64,000 bases of DNA, from the NCBI GenBank assembly GCA_964607485.1, contig CAZSKP010000018.1, positions 23,538 through 87,537 of the forward strand, in the 5' to 3' direction. Origin of the DNA: an uncultured bacterium (lineage in GTDB: Bacteria; Abyssobacteria; SURF-5). Below, one piece after another: positions 48,423 through 58,475 of the stretch. How positions within the stretch are numbered: the first letter of the stretch is position 1; each line of letters begins with the position of its first letter. The position numbers and the translations under genes are program-made. The notes beneath the pieces were generated by a model that was given only the letters and a program-made list of their open reading frames with translations, ran no database searches and was not told the DNA's origin.

Positions 48423-49757
48423 TCACATGCAGACGTCGATCTGGAAATCGCCCGCCTCCAGCAGCGAGCGCACGCGCTGGAGGAACCCTATCGAGGTCGC
48501 TCCATCGACGATACGATGGTCGTATGAGAGGCACAGGTACATCATCGGCCTTACGGCGATGGCGTCATCGACGACGACGGCGCGTTTCTCTATTTTTTCC
48601 GCGCCCAGTATTGCCGCCTGAGGCTGGTTTATGATGGGCGTTGAGAGGATGGCGCCGAGCGAGCCGGGGTTGGTGACGCTGAACGTTCCTCCCTGTATCT
48701 CATGCAGCGACAACCGGCCCTCGCGGGCGCGCCTGGCGAGCGAATCGAGCGCCGTCGCGAGCTCCTCGACGCCCAGCCTGTCGGCGTTGCGAATGACGGG
48801 AGTCATCAGCCCGCGCTCGGTCTGGACAGAGACGCCGATGTTGTAGTACCGCTTGATGATGATCCTGTCGTCCACGAGCGAAGAGTTGATGTACGGGAAT
48901 TCCTTCAGCGCCTGGACCGCCGCGGCGATGATAAACGGGAGATACGTGAGAGACGTTCCGTATTTCTGTCGGAAGGCTTCCTTGTGCTTTCCGCGGAGAG
49001 CGACAATCGCCGACATATCGGCCTCGGCGATGGTGGTCACGTGGGGCGACGTGCGCTTGCTGCGGACCATGTGCTCCGCTATGGCCTTGCGCATTCCTTC
49101 GAGCGGCACCGCTTCTTCGAGTTCCTCGAGAGGTCTCTCGGCCGGCTTCCTCGCCGGTTTTTCGGGAGCCTTGGGCGCTTTGGGGCGAACCTCTTTCTTG
49201 CCGCCTTCTTTCATCGAGATGTAATCCAGCAGGTCATCCTTTGTCACACGGCCGTCAGCGCCGCTTCCCTCGATTTCCTCGATCTCGATTCCGTGCTCCT
49301 TCGCCATGCGGCGGACAAGGGGAGAAGATCTTTTTTGGCGGCGTTCGGCGACGGGTTCGGCCTCCTCGCGTTTTCCTGTCGGCTCTTTTGCCTTTTCCTT
49401 CTTTGCGACATCTTCTTGGACGGCCTTCTTTTTCTTCTCCGCCGGGGCCGCCTTCTCTTCCTTTGGCGGAGTTTTCTTCTCAGCCTCCGCGGGCTGTTCC
49501 TTTTCCTCCAGTTCTTCGTCCGGCCCGGCGATGATGGCGAGCAATCCGCCGACCTTGACCTCGTCGCCCTCTTCGGCCATCTTTTTCCGAAGTATTCCCT
49601 CGGCAGGCGACGGAATCTCGACGTTGGCCTTGTCCGTGGCGACCTCCACGAGCGGCTCGTCCAAACCGATCTCGTCACCGACTTCCTTCAGCCACTTCAC
49701 TATTGTTCCGCTGACCACGGTTTCGCCCACTTCCGGCATCACGACTTCGGTTGGCAT
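48423..49757 (-). CDS. 2-oxoacid dehydrogenase E2 dihydrolipoamide acyltransferase
   Basis: Lipoyl TDKA, E3-binding domain GSGADGRVTK, DHRIVDG. Confidence 0.96.
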   Translation of the reverse strand: MPTEVVMPEVGETVVSGTIVKWLKEVGDEIGLDEPLVEVATDKANVEIPSPAEGILRKKMAEEGDEVKVGGLLAIIAGPDEELEEKEQPAEAEKKTPPKEEKAAPAEKKKKAVQEDVAKKEKAKEPTGKREEAEPVAERRQKRSSPLVRRMAKEHGIEIEEIEGSGADGRVTKDDLLDYISMKEGGKKEVRPKAPKAPEKPARKPAERPLEELEEAVPLEGMRKAIAEHMVRSKRTSPHVTTIAEADMSAIVALRGKHKEAFRQKYGTSLTYLPFIIAAAVQALKEFPYINSSLVDDRIIIKRYYNIGVSVQTERGLMTPVIRNADRLGVEELATALDSLARRAREGRLSLHEIQGGTFSVTNPGSLGAILSTPIINQPQAAILGAEKIEKRAVVVDDAIAVRPMMYLCLSYDHRIVDGATSIGFLQRVRSLLEAGDFQIDVCM

Positions 49758-49855
49758 GACGGCCTCCACTCGGATAGGTACGGATTACCTCAATCTACGC
49801 GAAATGCTAGCATAAAATGGTGATTTATAAGGACTTATAGTAATTAAACAAACGG

Positions 49856-50836
49856 TCAGTATTCGATTGCGCGGTTGACAGCCGCGATAATGTCATCTTC
49901 GCTCGGCATATAGAACTCTTCGAGCGGCGGGCTGTAGGGAATCGGCGTATCAGGCGCCGCCACGCGCAGTATGGGCGCGTCGAGATAGTCGAACAACTCG
50001 TCCGAGAGCAGCGCGGCTATCTCGGCCCCGATGCCGAGGGTCTTATGGTCTTCGTGGACGAGCACGACCCGGTTGGTTTTCCTGACCGACTTGTAAATGG
50101 TCTCCTTGTCGAGCGGCAGAACGGAACGCAGGTCGATCAACTCAAGCGACAGGTCCTCGTCGGCCAGCTTCTCGATTGCGCTTCGGCAATGATGCACCAT
50201 CGAGCCATAGGTGATTATCGTCAGGTCGCCGCCCTCCTGAAGGACCTTCGCCTTGCCGATGGGCACGACATAATCTTCCCCGGGCACGTCGTCCTTGGCG
50301 CGGCGATAGAGATACTTCGGCTCGAAGAATATCACGGGGTCGTCGTCGCGTATCGCCGACTTCAGCAACCCCTTTGCGTCGTAGGCCGAGGACGGGACTA
50401 CAACCTTGACGCCGGGCGTATGCGCGAACCACGCCTCGGGGCTCTGCGAATGGTAGAGGCCGCCGTGCACCCCCGCCGCCGACGGCGCCCTGATGACGAT
50501 CGGCGCGTGCATGTCACCCGCCGTCCGATACCGCAGCGTCGCCGTTTGGTTGACTATCTGGTCGAATCCGCAGGAGATGAAGTCGGCAAACTGTATTTCG
50601 GCTATCGGCCTGAACCCCATAAGCGCCATGCCGAGCGAGATGCCGACTATCGCCGATTCGGATATCGGCGTGTCCACCACACGGTTTTCGCCGAACTGCT
50701 GGTACAGGCCCTCGGTCGCCCGGAACGCGCCGCCGTACTCGCCCACGTCTTCGCCGAGCACGATGACCGATTCGTCACGTTCCATTTCCTCCTTTATTGC
50801 CAGGCGAATCGCCTCGACCATCGTCATCTCGGGCAT
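49856..50836 (-). CDS. 2-oxoacid dehydrogenase E1 beta
   Basis: GEDVG, DTPISE, EIQFADF, HSQSPE. Confidence 0.96.
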   Translation of the reverse strand: MPEMTMVEAIRLAIKEEMERDESVIVLGEDVGEYGGAFRATEGLYQQFGENRVVDTPISESAIVGISLGMALMGFRPIAEIQFADFISCGFDQIVNQTATLRYRTAGDMHAPIVIRAPSAAGVHGGLYHSQSPEAWFAHTPGVKVVVPSSAYDAKGLLKSAIRDDDPVIFFEPKYLYRRAKDDVPGEDYVVPIGKAKVLQEGGDLTIITYGSMVHHCRSAIEKLADEDLSLELIDLRSVLPLDKETIYKSVRKTNRVVLVHEDHKTLGIGAEIAALLSDELFDYLDAPILRVAAPDTPIPYSPPLEEFYMPSEDDIIAAVNRAIEY

Positions 50837-50839
50837 ATC

Positions 50840-51823
50840 TCAGGGCTCCTCATCGGCTGCGAACACGTGTTTGAGCGCATCCTCTCCGGGCGGAAACGGG
50901 CTCTCGTCCGCGAACTTCACCGCATCTTCAAGCACGCCGGAAATCTTGTTCAGTATCTCCTGCTCCTCCGATTCCTCGAGATACCCCTTCTCGGTGAGGA
51001 ACCTTTTGAACCTCGCAATCGGGTCCTTCTGCTTCCACTCTTCCTTTTCCTCTTCGGGCTGATACTTGGCCTCGTCGTGCTCGGAATGCCCGCTGATACG
51101 GTAGGTCATGCACTCGATGAGCGTCGGACCGCCGCCGTTCCGGGCCTTCTCGGCCGCTTTCTCCATCTCATCGTACACAGCGAGCACATCGTTTCCGTCG
51201 ATCTTGACGCCCTCGAATCCATACGAGTCGGCCCGGTACGACACACAGCAGATGGCCATCTCCCTCTCGACGGGCGTCGAATAGGCATACTTGTTGTTCT
51301 CGCATACCAGCACGAGCGGAAGCTTGTGAATTCCGGCGAAATTGAGTCCCTCGTGGAAATCGCCTCGGTTGGAGCCGCCCTCGCCGAAGTAGCTGACGGC
51401 GATGTTGTCGCCGCTGCGAATCTTGAACGCGAAGGCGACGCCCGCCGCGATGGGGATCGTCGAGGCCAGGATGCTCGTCGGCGGGATTATTCCCAGCTTC
51501 TTGCTGCCGGCATGGAGAAAGGAATCTCTCCCCTTCGACGGCCCCGTTTGCTTGCCCATTATCTGGGCCATCAGAATCTTCGGCTCCATGCCCTTGGTCA
51601 GGAACGCGCCTAAGTCCCTGTGGACGGGCGAGATGACGTCGCCGTCTTTCAGGTGCTCGCACGTGCCGACGGGTATAGCCTCCTGCCCCTTCGACAGATA
51701 CAGACCGCCGAAGATTTTTCCCTGGCGATACAGCTTGGACAGCCTGTCCTCAAACTGCCGTGTCAGAAGCAGGTCGCGATAGAGCTTCAGCAGCTTCTCT
51801 TTTGGGAGGTCTTTCGCAGACAT
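50840..51823 (-). CDS. 2-oxoacid dehydrogenase E1 alpha (branched-chain-like)
   Basis: GQEA, FGEGGSNRGDFHEGLN, ENN, YR..GHS. Confidence 0.95.
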   Translation of the reverse strand: MSAKDLPKEKLLKLYRDLLLTRQFEDRLSKLYRQGKIFGGLYLSKGQEAIPVGTCEHLKDGDVISPVHRDLGAFLTKGMEPKILMAQIMGKQTGPSKGRDSFLHAGSKKLGIIPPTSILASTIPIAAGVAFAFKIRSGDNIAVSYFGEGGSNRGDFHEGLNFAGIHKLPLVLVCENNKYAYSTPVEREMAICCVSYRADSYGFEGVKIDGNDVLAVYDEMEKAAEKARNGGGPTLIECMTYRISGHSEHDEAKYQPEEEKEEWKQKDPIARFKRFLTEKGYLEESEEQEILNKISGVLEDAVKFADESPFPPGEDALKHVFAADEEP

Positions 51824-52021
51824 ATGTACAGCTCTCCACCGGCCGGACAGACTCATAGCACCGCTGAGCATCCCGGCCTCAAAGACTGAATAAAGTATAT
51901 CAGTATCAAATGGGCTCAGCAAGCGGGCGAAATGAGCGGCCGACCCACACCGCGCCTTCGAGAAATCGAGGTGTTCGCGGCCTGTTGGGCAAATGGTTGG
52001 GTACGATGGGACTGGATTCCC

Positions 52022-52052
52022 GCAGGGCAGGCACAGGGGCCTGCCCCTACAA
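52022..52052. repeat. REP-like palindrome (GTAG family)
   Basis: AGGGCAGGCACAGGGGCCTGCCCCTAC; matches the 40091 copy. Confidence 0.8.
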
Positions 52053-52078
52053 ACTACATGATTGTCCAGTGAACAGGA

Positions 52079-52978
52079 TTACTTGGGGAAGCGATGCGCG
52101 AAATCGACGGCTCGATTTACGAGCGAACGCCGCCGTGCTCTCATGCGCTTTCGAACGTATTTCAGCTTTCGCCTGAGGTGCTCGACACTTAGGTCTCTCC
52201 GTATGCCGGATGGTGTGAGGCGGTGAGTTGCATCCAAGACAGTGTAAAAGTGGTCCCATCCTCCGCCGAGTTCGCGGTTGCGTCGAGCTTCCTCTCCCTC
52301 TTGGATCCTCTTGAATCCTTCTTTTCTGTCCAGGCCATCTGCGAGCCGCACATGCGAATAATCATGGTTCTGATGAATTGCCATTACGAGCGGCGTCGCG
52401 TCTATGACCGCAACTTTTTGTTTGGACGCCTTCCAGACCAGCCAGTTGTCATATCCCGTTCGGCCTAGCGCGAAAGGCGGAATTGAGGCAAACAATCCTC
52501 TTCAGAACACGAAATAATCAATCCACCAGGCGTCCCGCTGTTCGCCCGATTGAAGCGCAAGGGACCGTAATCTTTTCTCATAACCCGGATTGAAGTTCCA
52601 CAATTCCCCGATGTTTACATCCCAACGCTTTCCGACCATGAGGAAACGGCGCGGCCAGGAACGTACTCGTTCCACCGCTCGCGCGAAATCGCTCAGCAGG
52701 ATGATGTCGGTATTCACATAGCAGAGCAAGTCATAGCGTGCAAGTCGATGAGCCTTTTCGAAGAGGTCGTCGAGCAATGGCGTGCGGAATTCGTTCCGCG
52801 TCACTTCCGGGCCGTGGCGCAAGCCCAGTTCATCGCAGACCTCCGCGGTGCCTTCCTCGTTTCCAAACAAGATAATGTCAGGTTTGGGTTCCAGCAGCGT
52901 CCAGCTCGTGAGGGCATTGCGCTGGATGATGCCGGAGTGTTGCCTGAAAGGTTTCGGCATGCTAAAGATCGTCAGCAT
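52079..52978 (-). pseudogene. Glycosyltransferase-like gene interrupted by a single in-frame TGA (52502-52504)
   Basis: Two track ORFs share a frame: IDYFVF*RGLFASIPPFALGR; YVNTDI and HQNHDY motifs. Confidence 0.75.
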
Positions 52979-53078
52979 TCGACGGGCCTCATCTCGGGAA
53001 TTGGCGTGCGGCGAGGAAAGCGATGCTGCGGACTTTCGATATCCGCCGACAGTGACGTGTCAGAGCGCATCTCTGCAG

Positions 53079-54137
53079 CTACCCGATCGACTCTTTCAGT
53101 TTCTCGGTTGTCCTTTCTATCTGGCCCAGGGATATGCCTTCTCTGAACGCGAGCACGATTCCTATGATGATGACGGGGAAGAACGTGGCCGCGTGAGCCA
53201 CCAGCGCGTATACCTTCGCGACGGAATCGCTTATCGAGGAGTTGCAGAGCTGAAGTCCGATTTGCACGAAAAAGTGGAAGGGACCGGCATAGCCCGGCGT
53301 CGGAATCGACACGCCCACCGCGGCGGACGCGAGGATTGCCGTGACGGACACGAGCCGGAGCTTGTCCTGGATTCCGAACGCGAAAAAAAGGGGATAGAAC
53401 ATCAACGCGTTGAATGTCCATTGCACGATTGAGATCAGGATGGAAATGACTACGTGCCGCCAATTTTTGAAAATGTGGAGCCCCTCGGTCAGCCCCATGA
53501 AGATGCCTATCAGTTTCTCCCTCATTCCTCCGGGCAGGAAGAACAATGCCCTCTCTAGTATTCTCGCGGCAAGCTCTTTCTTGAAGTACACGAGAACGGT
53601 GAGTCCCACGAGCACCGCAAACACCGAGGTGGCAACCACGCCGAGGAAAAATTTCACATCCGCCAACGAACGGCCGGTCGCTCGCATCAGTACCGTTTCG
53701 TCCAACGGATAGAAGAGAAGAACGCCCGCTATGAGCAGGAGCAGCACGAACGTGTCGAACATGCGGTCCACAACCAGCGACGCGAGCGACGCCGTCAACT
53801 TGATATTCTCTTTTTCAGAGAGAAGGTAGGCGCGGATGAATTCGCCCGCGCGGGCGGGCAGCAGACAATTTCCCATGAAGCCGATGAGTATGGGTGAAAG
53901 CAGGCGGAAAAACTTGACCTTCTTAAGGTCGTGGAGGAGGTAATACCAACGGAAGGTCCGGAAGACATAGGTTATCAGAGCGAATACTATGGCCGGCACG
54001 ATATAGATGTACCTTGCTGTCGCCAAAGCATTCCATATTTCGCCCCAATTGGTGACGCTCCTGAAGAAGAGCCACAAAAAAAACGCGGCCACGGCCACGC
54101 CAAGGCCGAAGTTGAGCCAGAATCTAAATCTCTTCAA
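53079..54137 (-). CDS. Lysylphosphatidylglycerol synthase TM / flippase-like (UPF0104) protein
   Basis: R..RW, N.LLPARAGEFIR, DR.FD, PTPG..G. Confidence 0.9.
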   Translation of the reverse strand: MKRFRFWLNFGLGVAVAAFFLWLFFRSVTNWGEIWNALATARYIYIVPAIVFALITYVFRTFRWYYLLHDLKKVKFFRLLSPILIGFMGNCLLPARAGEFIRAYLLSEKENIKLTASLASLVVDRMFDTFVLLLLIAGVLLFYPLDETVLMRATGRSLADVKFFLGVVATSVFAVLVGLTVLVYFKKELAARILERALFFLPGGMREKLIGIFMGLTEGLHIFKNWRHVVISILISIVQWTFNALMFYPLFFAFGIQDKLRLVSVTAILASAAVGVSIPTPGYAGPFHFFVQIGLQLCNSSISDSVAKVYALVAHAATFFPVIIIGIVLAFREGISLGQIERTTEKLKESIG

Positions 54138-54149
54138 ACCGCCTCCTTT

Positions 54150-55244
54150 TCACCGTTTCCCGCGGCGCTCTTTCTCCATGGCCTCGATGAAGCTCTCGAA
54201 CAGGTACGAGGCGTCGTGAGGTCCGGGTGAGGCTTCGGGATGATATTGGATGGAAAAAATGGGCAGAGTGCGGTGGCGCATGCCTTCGACCGTCTTGTCG
54301 TTGAGGTTCATGTGCGTCACTTCGACATCCGCCGGCACGGAATCGCGAACGACCGCAAAGCCGTGGTTCTCGGCGGCGATTTCCACCCTCGCCGTGGCGG
54401 CGTTCTTGATGGGCTGATTGCCGCCGTGATGGCCGAACTTGAGTTTGCATATCTTCGCGCCCAGCGCCAATCCGAGCATCTGATGTCCGAGGCAGATGCC
54501 GAACGTCGGCTTCCGCTCGATCAATTCCCGGATCGTGTGAACCACGTTGGGCACGCCCTCGGGGTCGCCGGGGCCGTTGGACAGGAAGATTCCATCGGGC
54601 TGATGCGCCAGGGCCTCGGCCGCCGTCGTCTGCGCCGGAACCACGATGACCTCGCAGCCTCGCTCGGAAAGCTTGTTGAGTATGTTGCGCTTCACGCCGA
54701 AGTCGAACGCGACCACGCGGAACCGTCTCTCGCCCCGCGCGGGCACGCGATACTCCTCCGAGCAGGTGACCTCCTTGACGAGGTCGCGGCCTATCAATCC
54801 GGGCGACGCCTTCGCCTTTGCCACGAGGCTGTGAACGTCGAGGTCCTCTGTGGAAAGCACCGCCTTCAAGGCCCCCGCCTGGCGTATGTGCTTGGTCAAC
54901 GCGCGAGTGTCAACGCCCTCGATGCCCAGGATATCGTTCTCGGCGAGGAATTCGGCCAGCGGCTTCTGGGAGCGCCAGTTGCTGGGGTAGCGGCAGCACT
55001 CGCGCACCACAAACCCCTCCACGTGTGGCTTTAGCGACTCGAAATCCTCTTCGTTCACACCGTAGTTGCCGATGAGCGGATACGTCATCGTCACTATTTG
55101 ACCCTTGTACGAGGGGTCGGTGAGGATTTCCTGATAGCCGGTCATGCTGGTGTTGAAAACAATTTCGCCCGACCTCTCGCCGCGGGCGCCGAACGAGGTT
55201 CCTTCGAAGTATCGGCCATCCTCAAGCGCAAGCAGTGCTTTCAC
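54150..55244 (-). CDS. carA: Carbamoyl-phosphate synthase small subunit
   Basis: [36 protein letters not shown]. Confidence 0.98.
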   Translation of the reverse strand: MKALLALEDGRYFEGTSFGARGERSGEIVFNTSMTGYQEILTDPSYKGQIVTMTYPLIGNYGVNEEDFESLKPHVEGFVVRECCRYPSNWRSQKPLAEFLAENDILGIEGVDTRALTKHIRQAGALKAVLSTEDLDVHSLVAKAKASPGLIGRDLVKEVTCSEEYRVPARGERRFRVVAFDFGVKRNILNKLSERGCEVIVVPAQTTAAEALAHQPDGIFLSNGPGDPEGVPNVVHTIRELIERKPTFGICLGHQMLGLALGAKICKLKFGHHGGNQPIKNAATARVEIAAENHGFAVVRDSVPADVEVTHMNLNDKTVEGMRHRTLPIFSIQYHPEASPGPHDASYLFESFIEAMEKERRGKR

Positions 55245-55330
55245 AGTTCGCTCCGCTAATTATGCATCCACCGGTAAATGGGCCGCGCAGTCGCAGCAAT
55301 CAACGGCGCGGCGCGTTTTTCCTGTCACAC

Positions 55331-56635
55331 TCATTCAACAAGCCGCCCGTCGTGCAGCCTGAGCCGTCCCCCGACAACGACGTGCACGGCGCGGCCTTTC
55401 AAGCGCCATCCGTCAAACGGCGAGTTCCGGCACTTGCATTCTAACTTCTCCGCATCGACCACGAATTCCGCCGACGGGTCGAATACGGTCACGTCCGCCC
55501 TCGCTCCGGCTTCGAGCCTTCCCATCGGAAGGTCGAGTATGCGGGCAGGACCGACGGTCATCTTGGAGACGGCCTCGGACAGCGTGAGGACGCCTCCGTC
55601 CACCAGCTTCGTCACGACGAGCGGCAGACAGGTCTCGAGGCCAATTATTCCAAAGGCCGCATCCGCGAAAGCGCATTCCTTCTCGGCCTGAGTATGAGGC
55701 GCGTGATCGGTCGCAATCGCATCGATGGTCCCGTCGCGCAGCCCTTCCTTTAATGCCTCGACGTCGTCCGCAGTGCGCAGCGGAGGATTCATCTTCGCAT
55801 TTGCGCCGGATGTCTCCACGGCGTCCTCGGTCAGGGTAAAATAATGCGGGGCCGTTTCCGCCGTGACCTTCACGCCCTCGCGTTTTGCCGAGCGGATGTG
55901 TTCGACCGAGCCTGCGCAGCTCACGTGCGCGATGTGCAGCCTTCCTCCGGTGCGTCGGGCAAGCGCGATGTCGCGCTCGACCATCGTTTCCTCCGCGGCG
56001 GGAGGGATTCCGGGGAGGCCGAGCCGAGCAGCAACCGCCCCCTGATTCATACAGCCGTTTCCGCTCAGGGCCGGGGCTTCGCAATGAGAAATGATCGGAA
56101 GACCATACATATTCGCACATTCAAGCGCCACACTGAGTACCTCGGCGTCGGTAATCGGATGACCATCGTCGGAGAGCGCAACGGCGCCGGCTTCCTTCAG
56201 CGCTCCGATTTCAGTCAGGTCCTTTCCCTCCAGTCCGCGCGTGACCGCGGCCACGGGATAGATGTGAGTCCATGCCGATTTCTCGGCCTGCGCGTTCAGG
56301 AATTTTATCACATCGACGCTGTCGGCGACGGGGTCGGTGTTGGCCATGGGCACGAGCGCGCAGAATCCGCCCGCCACGCCGCTGCGGCTTCCGCTCTCTA
56401 TCGTTTCCTCGTCCTCCCTGCCGGGCTCGCGCAGGTGAGTGTGCATGTCGATGAAACCGGGCGCGACAATGAGGCCGCGTGCATCGAGACGCTTCGCATT
56501 GGACGAGGAGAGGTTCTTGCCGATTTCCGCGATGACCGAACCCTCGATCAGCACGTCCATCACTGCGTCGGTTCCCGATGCCGGGTCGATGACCCTGCCG
56601 CCTTTTACGAGGATGTTCACTTCCGCCATTTCCAT
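55331..56635 (-). CDS. pyrC: Dihydroorotase
   Basis: DMHTHLREPG, MANT, KMNPPLR, TDHAPH. Confidence 0.97.
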   Translation of the reverse strand: MEMAEVNILVKGGRVIDPASGTDAVMDVLIEGSVIAEIGKNLSSSNAKRLDARGLIVAPGFIDMHTHLREPGREDEETIESGSRSGVAGGFCALVPMANTDPVADSVDVIKFLNAQAEKSAWTHIYPVAAVTRGLEGKDLTEIGALKEAGAVALSDDGHPITDAEVLSVALECANMYGLPIISHCEAPALSGNGCMNQGAVAARLGLPGIPPAAEETMVERDIALARRTGGRLHIAHVSCAGSVEHIRSAKREGVKVTAETAPHYFTLTEDAVETSGANAKMNPPLRTADDVEALKEGLRDGTIDAIATDHAPHTQAEKECAFADAAFGIIGLETCLPLVVTKLVDGGVLTLSEAVSKMTVGPARILDLPMGRLEAGARADVTVFDPSAEFVVDAEKLECKCRNSPFDGWRLKGRAVHVVVGGRLRLHDGRLVE

Positions 56636-56805
56636 TCAGGCGCCGATTGGGAACGCCATCCGTCATCCGTGCGCCCGCAAACGAGTTCCCGCCCCAAGCG
56701 TCCCGGCACAATAGTATAACATCCCGGTCAACAGGGCCGGGATGAGGGGCTTCCCCTTTGTTTTCTCTCTCCTTGCACCCCCGGATGGACGTTCCTCTCG
56801 CGGCC

Positions 56806-57996
56806 TCAGAGGACTTCCACATTATAATTGTGGTAATCGGAAAATCTTTTCTGATAGTGGGATGCGATTCTTCCGTCCATGTCGAAAAGATATGCGATGA
56901 GCGCCGCACGCACCCACATCCCGTTGCGCGCCTGCCTGAAGTACATCGCTCGGGGATTGTTATCTATATCAAAAGGAATTTCCTCGTTGCGAGGGAATGG
57001 GTGCATGATGGCCGCATACCATTTCATCCGGGAAACCATGTCTCGGTTCAGGTAGTATTTGCCCGTGTCCAGGTTATCGAAGAATTCCTTGTCTGCCTTG
57101 CTGTCGTGCTCGTGTTGAATCCGGGTCATGTACAGCAGATCGACCTTTTCGATGACTTCATTCAGGTCGTCCGACTCCTTGACCTTAACGCCCTTGTCCT
57201 CCAGCCTGCCTCTCAGCTCGGCGGGAAGCCGGAGCTTGGGGTGGTCGGGCGCGACGAAGTACATCGTCGTGTTTTCGTATCGTGAGAGAAGATTCGCAAG
57301 CGACCTGACGGTTCTCCCTCTCCCGATGTCGCCGCAGAAGCAATACACCTTATTGTCAAGACCCTTGGTGAGTGTCGGGTATTTCTGCCGGAGCTCATCG
57401 AACCGATTCCATTGCGAGGAGTCCTTCGGGGAGCGGAAGGAAAAGGTGATTTGTATGGTGTAGATGTCAAGCAGCGCCTGGGTCGGGTGCTCGTCGGCTC
57501 CGGCGCCGCCGTTGATTATCGGGACATTCCGCTGGTTGAATTCCTCGAGGCCGTTCATCAGATACGCGCAACATTCGGCAAAATCGGGAATTCTGCTTCG
57601 CATTATGATGATATCGAAGTAACTGCTGAACATCCGGACCGAATCCAGCGGCGACTCGCCCTTGTATTCCGAAGATACCGAGGCGTCGCGAATTTCGTTG
57701 CACATGATTCCGAGAATCTGGCAGGCGGCCATGAATGAGAGAAACGTTCTGGTGGAGGCCTGAGTGAAGTACAGCATGGCCCTCTTGTGAGATAACAGAC
57801 TGGACAGGTACTTGTAGCCCTCTTTGGTGCCGGCTATATTTTTTATCATGTCGGCGACGCTTGAGAGGTGTTCGAGAAGCCCCTTGTCGAACTGTTCGGA
57901 AAAAATGACGTGCTTCAGCCGTTCGTTGCGCTGGAATTCGGGGATTTTCATCAGTATAGGCCTGTTCAGCCGCGACTCAAATTCGTACAGATTCAT
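56806..57996 (-). CDS. pyrB: Aspartate carbamoyltransferase, long atypical form
   Basis: STRT, HPTQALLD, GRTVRSL, YMTRIQ, MHPFPR; upstream of pyrC and carA. Confidence 0.9.
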   Translation of the reverse strand: MNLYEFESRLNRPILMKIPEFQRNERLKHVIFSEQFDKGLLEHLSSVADMIKNIAGTKEGYKYLSSLLSHKRAMLYFTQASTRTFLSFMAACQILGIMCNEIRDASVSSEYKGESPLDSVRMFSSYFDIIIMRSRIPDFAECCAYLMNGLEEFNQRNVPIINGGAGADEHPTQALLDIYTIQITFSFRSPKDSSQWNRFDELRQKYPTLTKGLDNKVYCFCGDIGRGRTVRSLANLLSRYENTTMYFVAPDHPKLRLPAELRGRLEDKGVKVKESDDLNEVIEKVDLLYMTRIQHEHDSKADKEFFDNLDTGKYYLNRDMVSRMKWYAAIMHPFPRNEEIPFDIDNNPRAMYFRQARNGMWVRAALIAYLFDMDGRIASHYQKRFSDYHNYNVEVL

Positions 57997-58039
57997 GGCA
58001 GCCCTCTTTGATTTGGCCCTTCACCGGTTTGCTTGCGTA

Positions 58040-58217
58040 GCGATGGGGACTGTCCCTATTTACGTAATCCTGCCTTTTGGATTCGTAGAATAGGGACTGT
58101 ACCCGTCGCAATCGCGGATATTTCCGTAGGGACGCACGGCCGTGCGCCCCTACACCAGGACGCAACATGAAAATCGCGACAAAAATCTGTCATTCTCACA
58201 GATAGCAGTACAGTCCT
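58040..58217 (+). repeat. Composite palindromic repeat element, copy B
   Basis: GCGATGGGGACTGTCCC...GTAGGGACGCACGGCCGTGCGCCCCTAC...TCATTCTCACAGATAGCAGTACAGT. Confidence 0.85.
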
Positions 58218-58279
58218 CATCGCATTTTGGTTGCGGCTACTCCGCGCTGTAGGACACGGTGTTTTCCCCGTATCGGGTC

Positions 58280-58304
58280 AAAAAAAAAGCCCTCACATGA
58301 GGGT
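58280..58304 (-). terminator. Intrinsic terminator in pyrB upstream region
   Basis: ACCCTCATGTGAGGGC hairpin followed by nine T. Confidence 0.8.
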
Positions 58305-58411
58305 CAATCACACGCATGTTTTCTTGAAGGCGGACCTTCAGCCATTCACACCTCACGCGCCCACACTATCTGCATGGAACCGATACACGAGGCCCTTTCA
58401 CACCGCGCCCT

Positions 58412-58441
58412 ATTATAACCCTATGCGCCTCGATGTGTCAA
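58412..58441 (-). promoter_or_regulatory. sigma70 promoter for pyr leader
   Basis: TTGACA-N18-TATAAT. Confidence 0.75.
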
Positions 58442-58475
58442 GCCTCGGCCCGGGAGCCTTTGTTCACAAAGGTTT

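Noticed and set aside
49770-49855. AT-rich spacer between E1 beta and E2 with an IHF-like sequence
   Set aside because: Match too weak to call by eye
56720-56744. Hairpin CATCCCGG...CCGGGATG between pyrB and pyrC as a terminator
   Set aside because: No U-tract on either side; function cannot be supported
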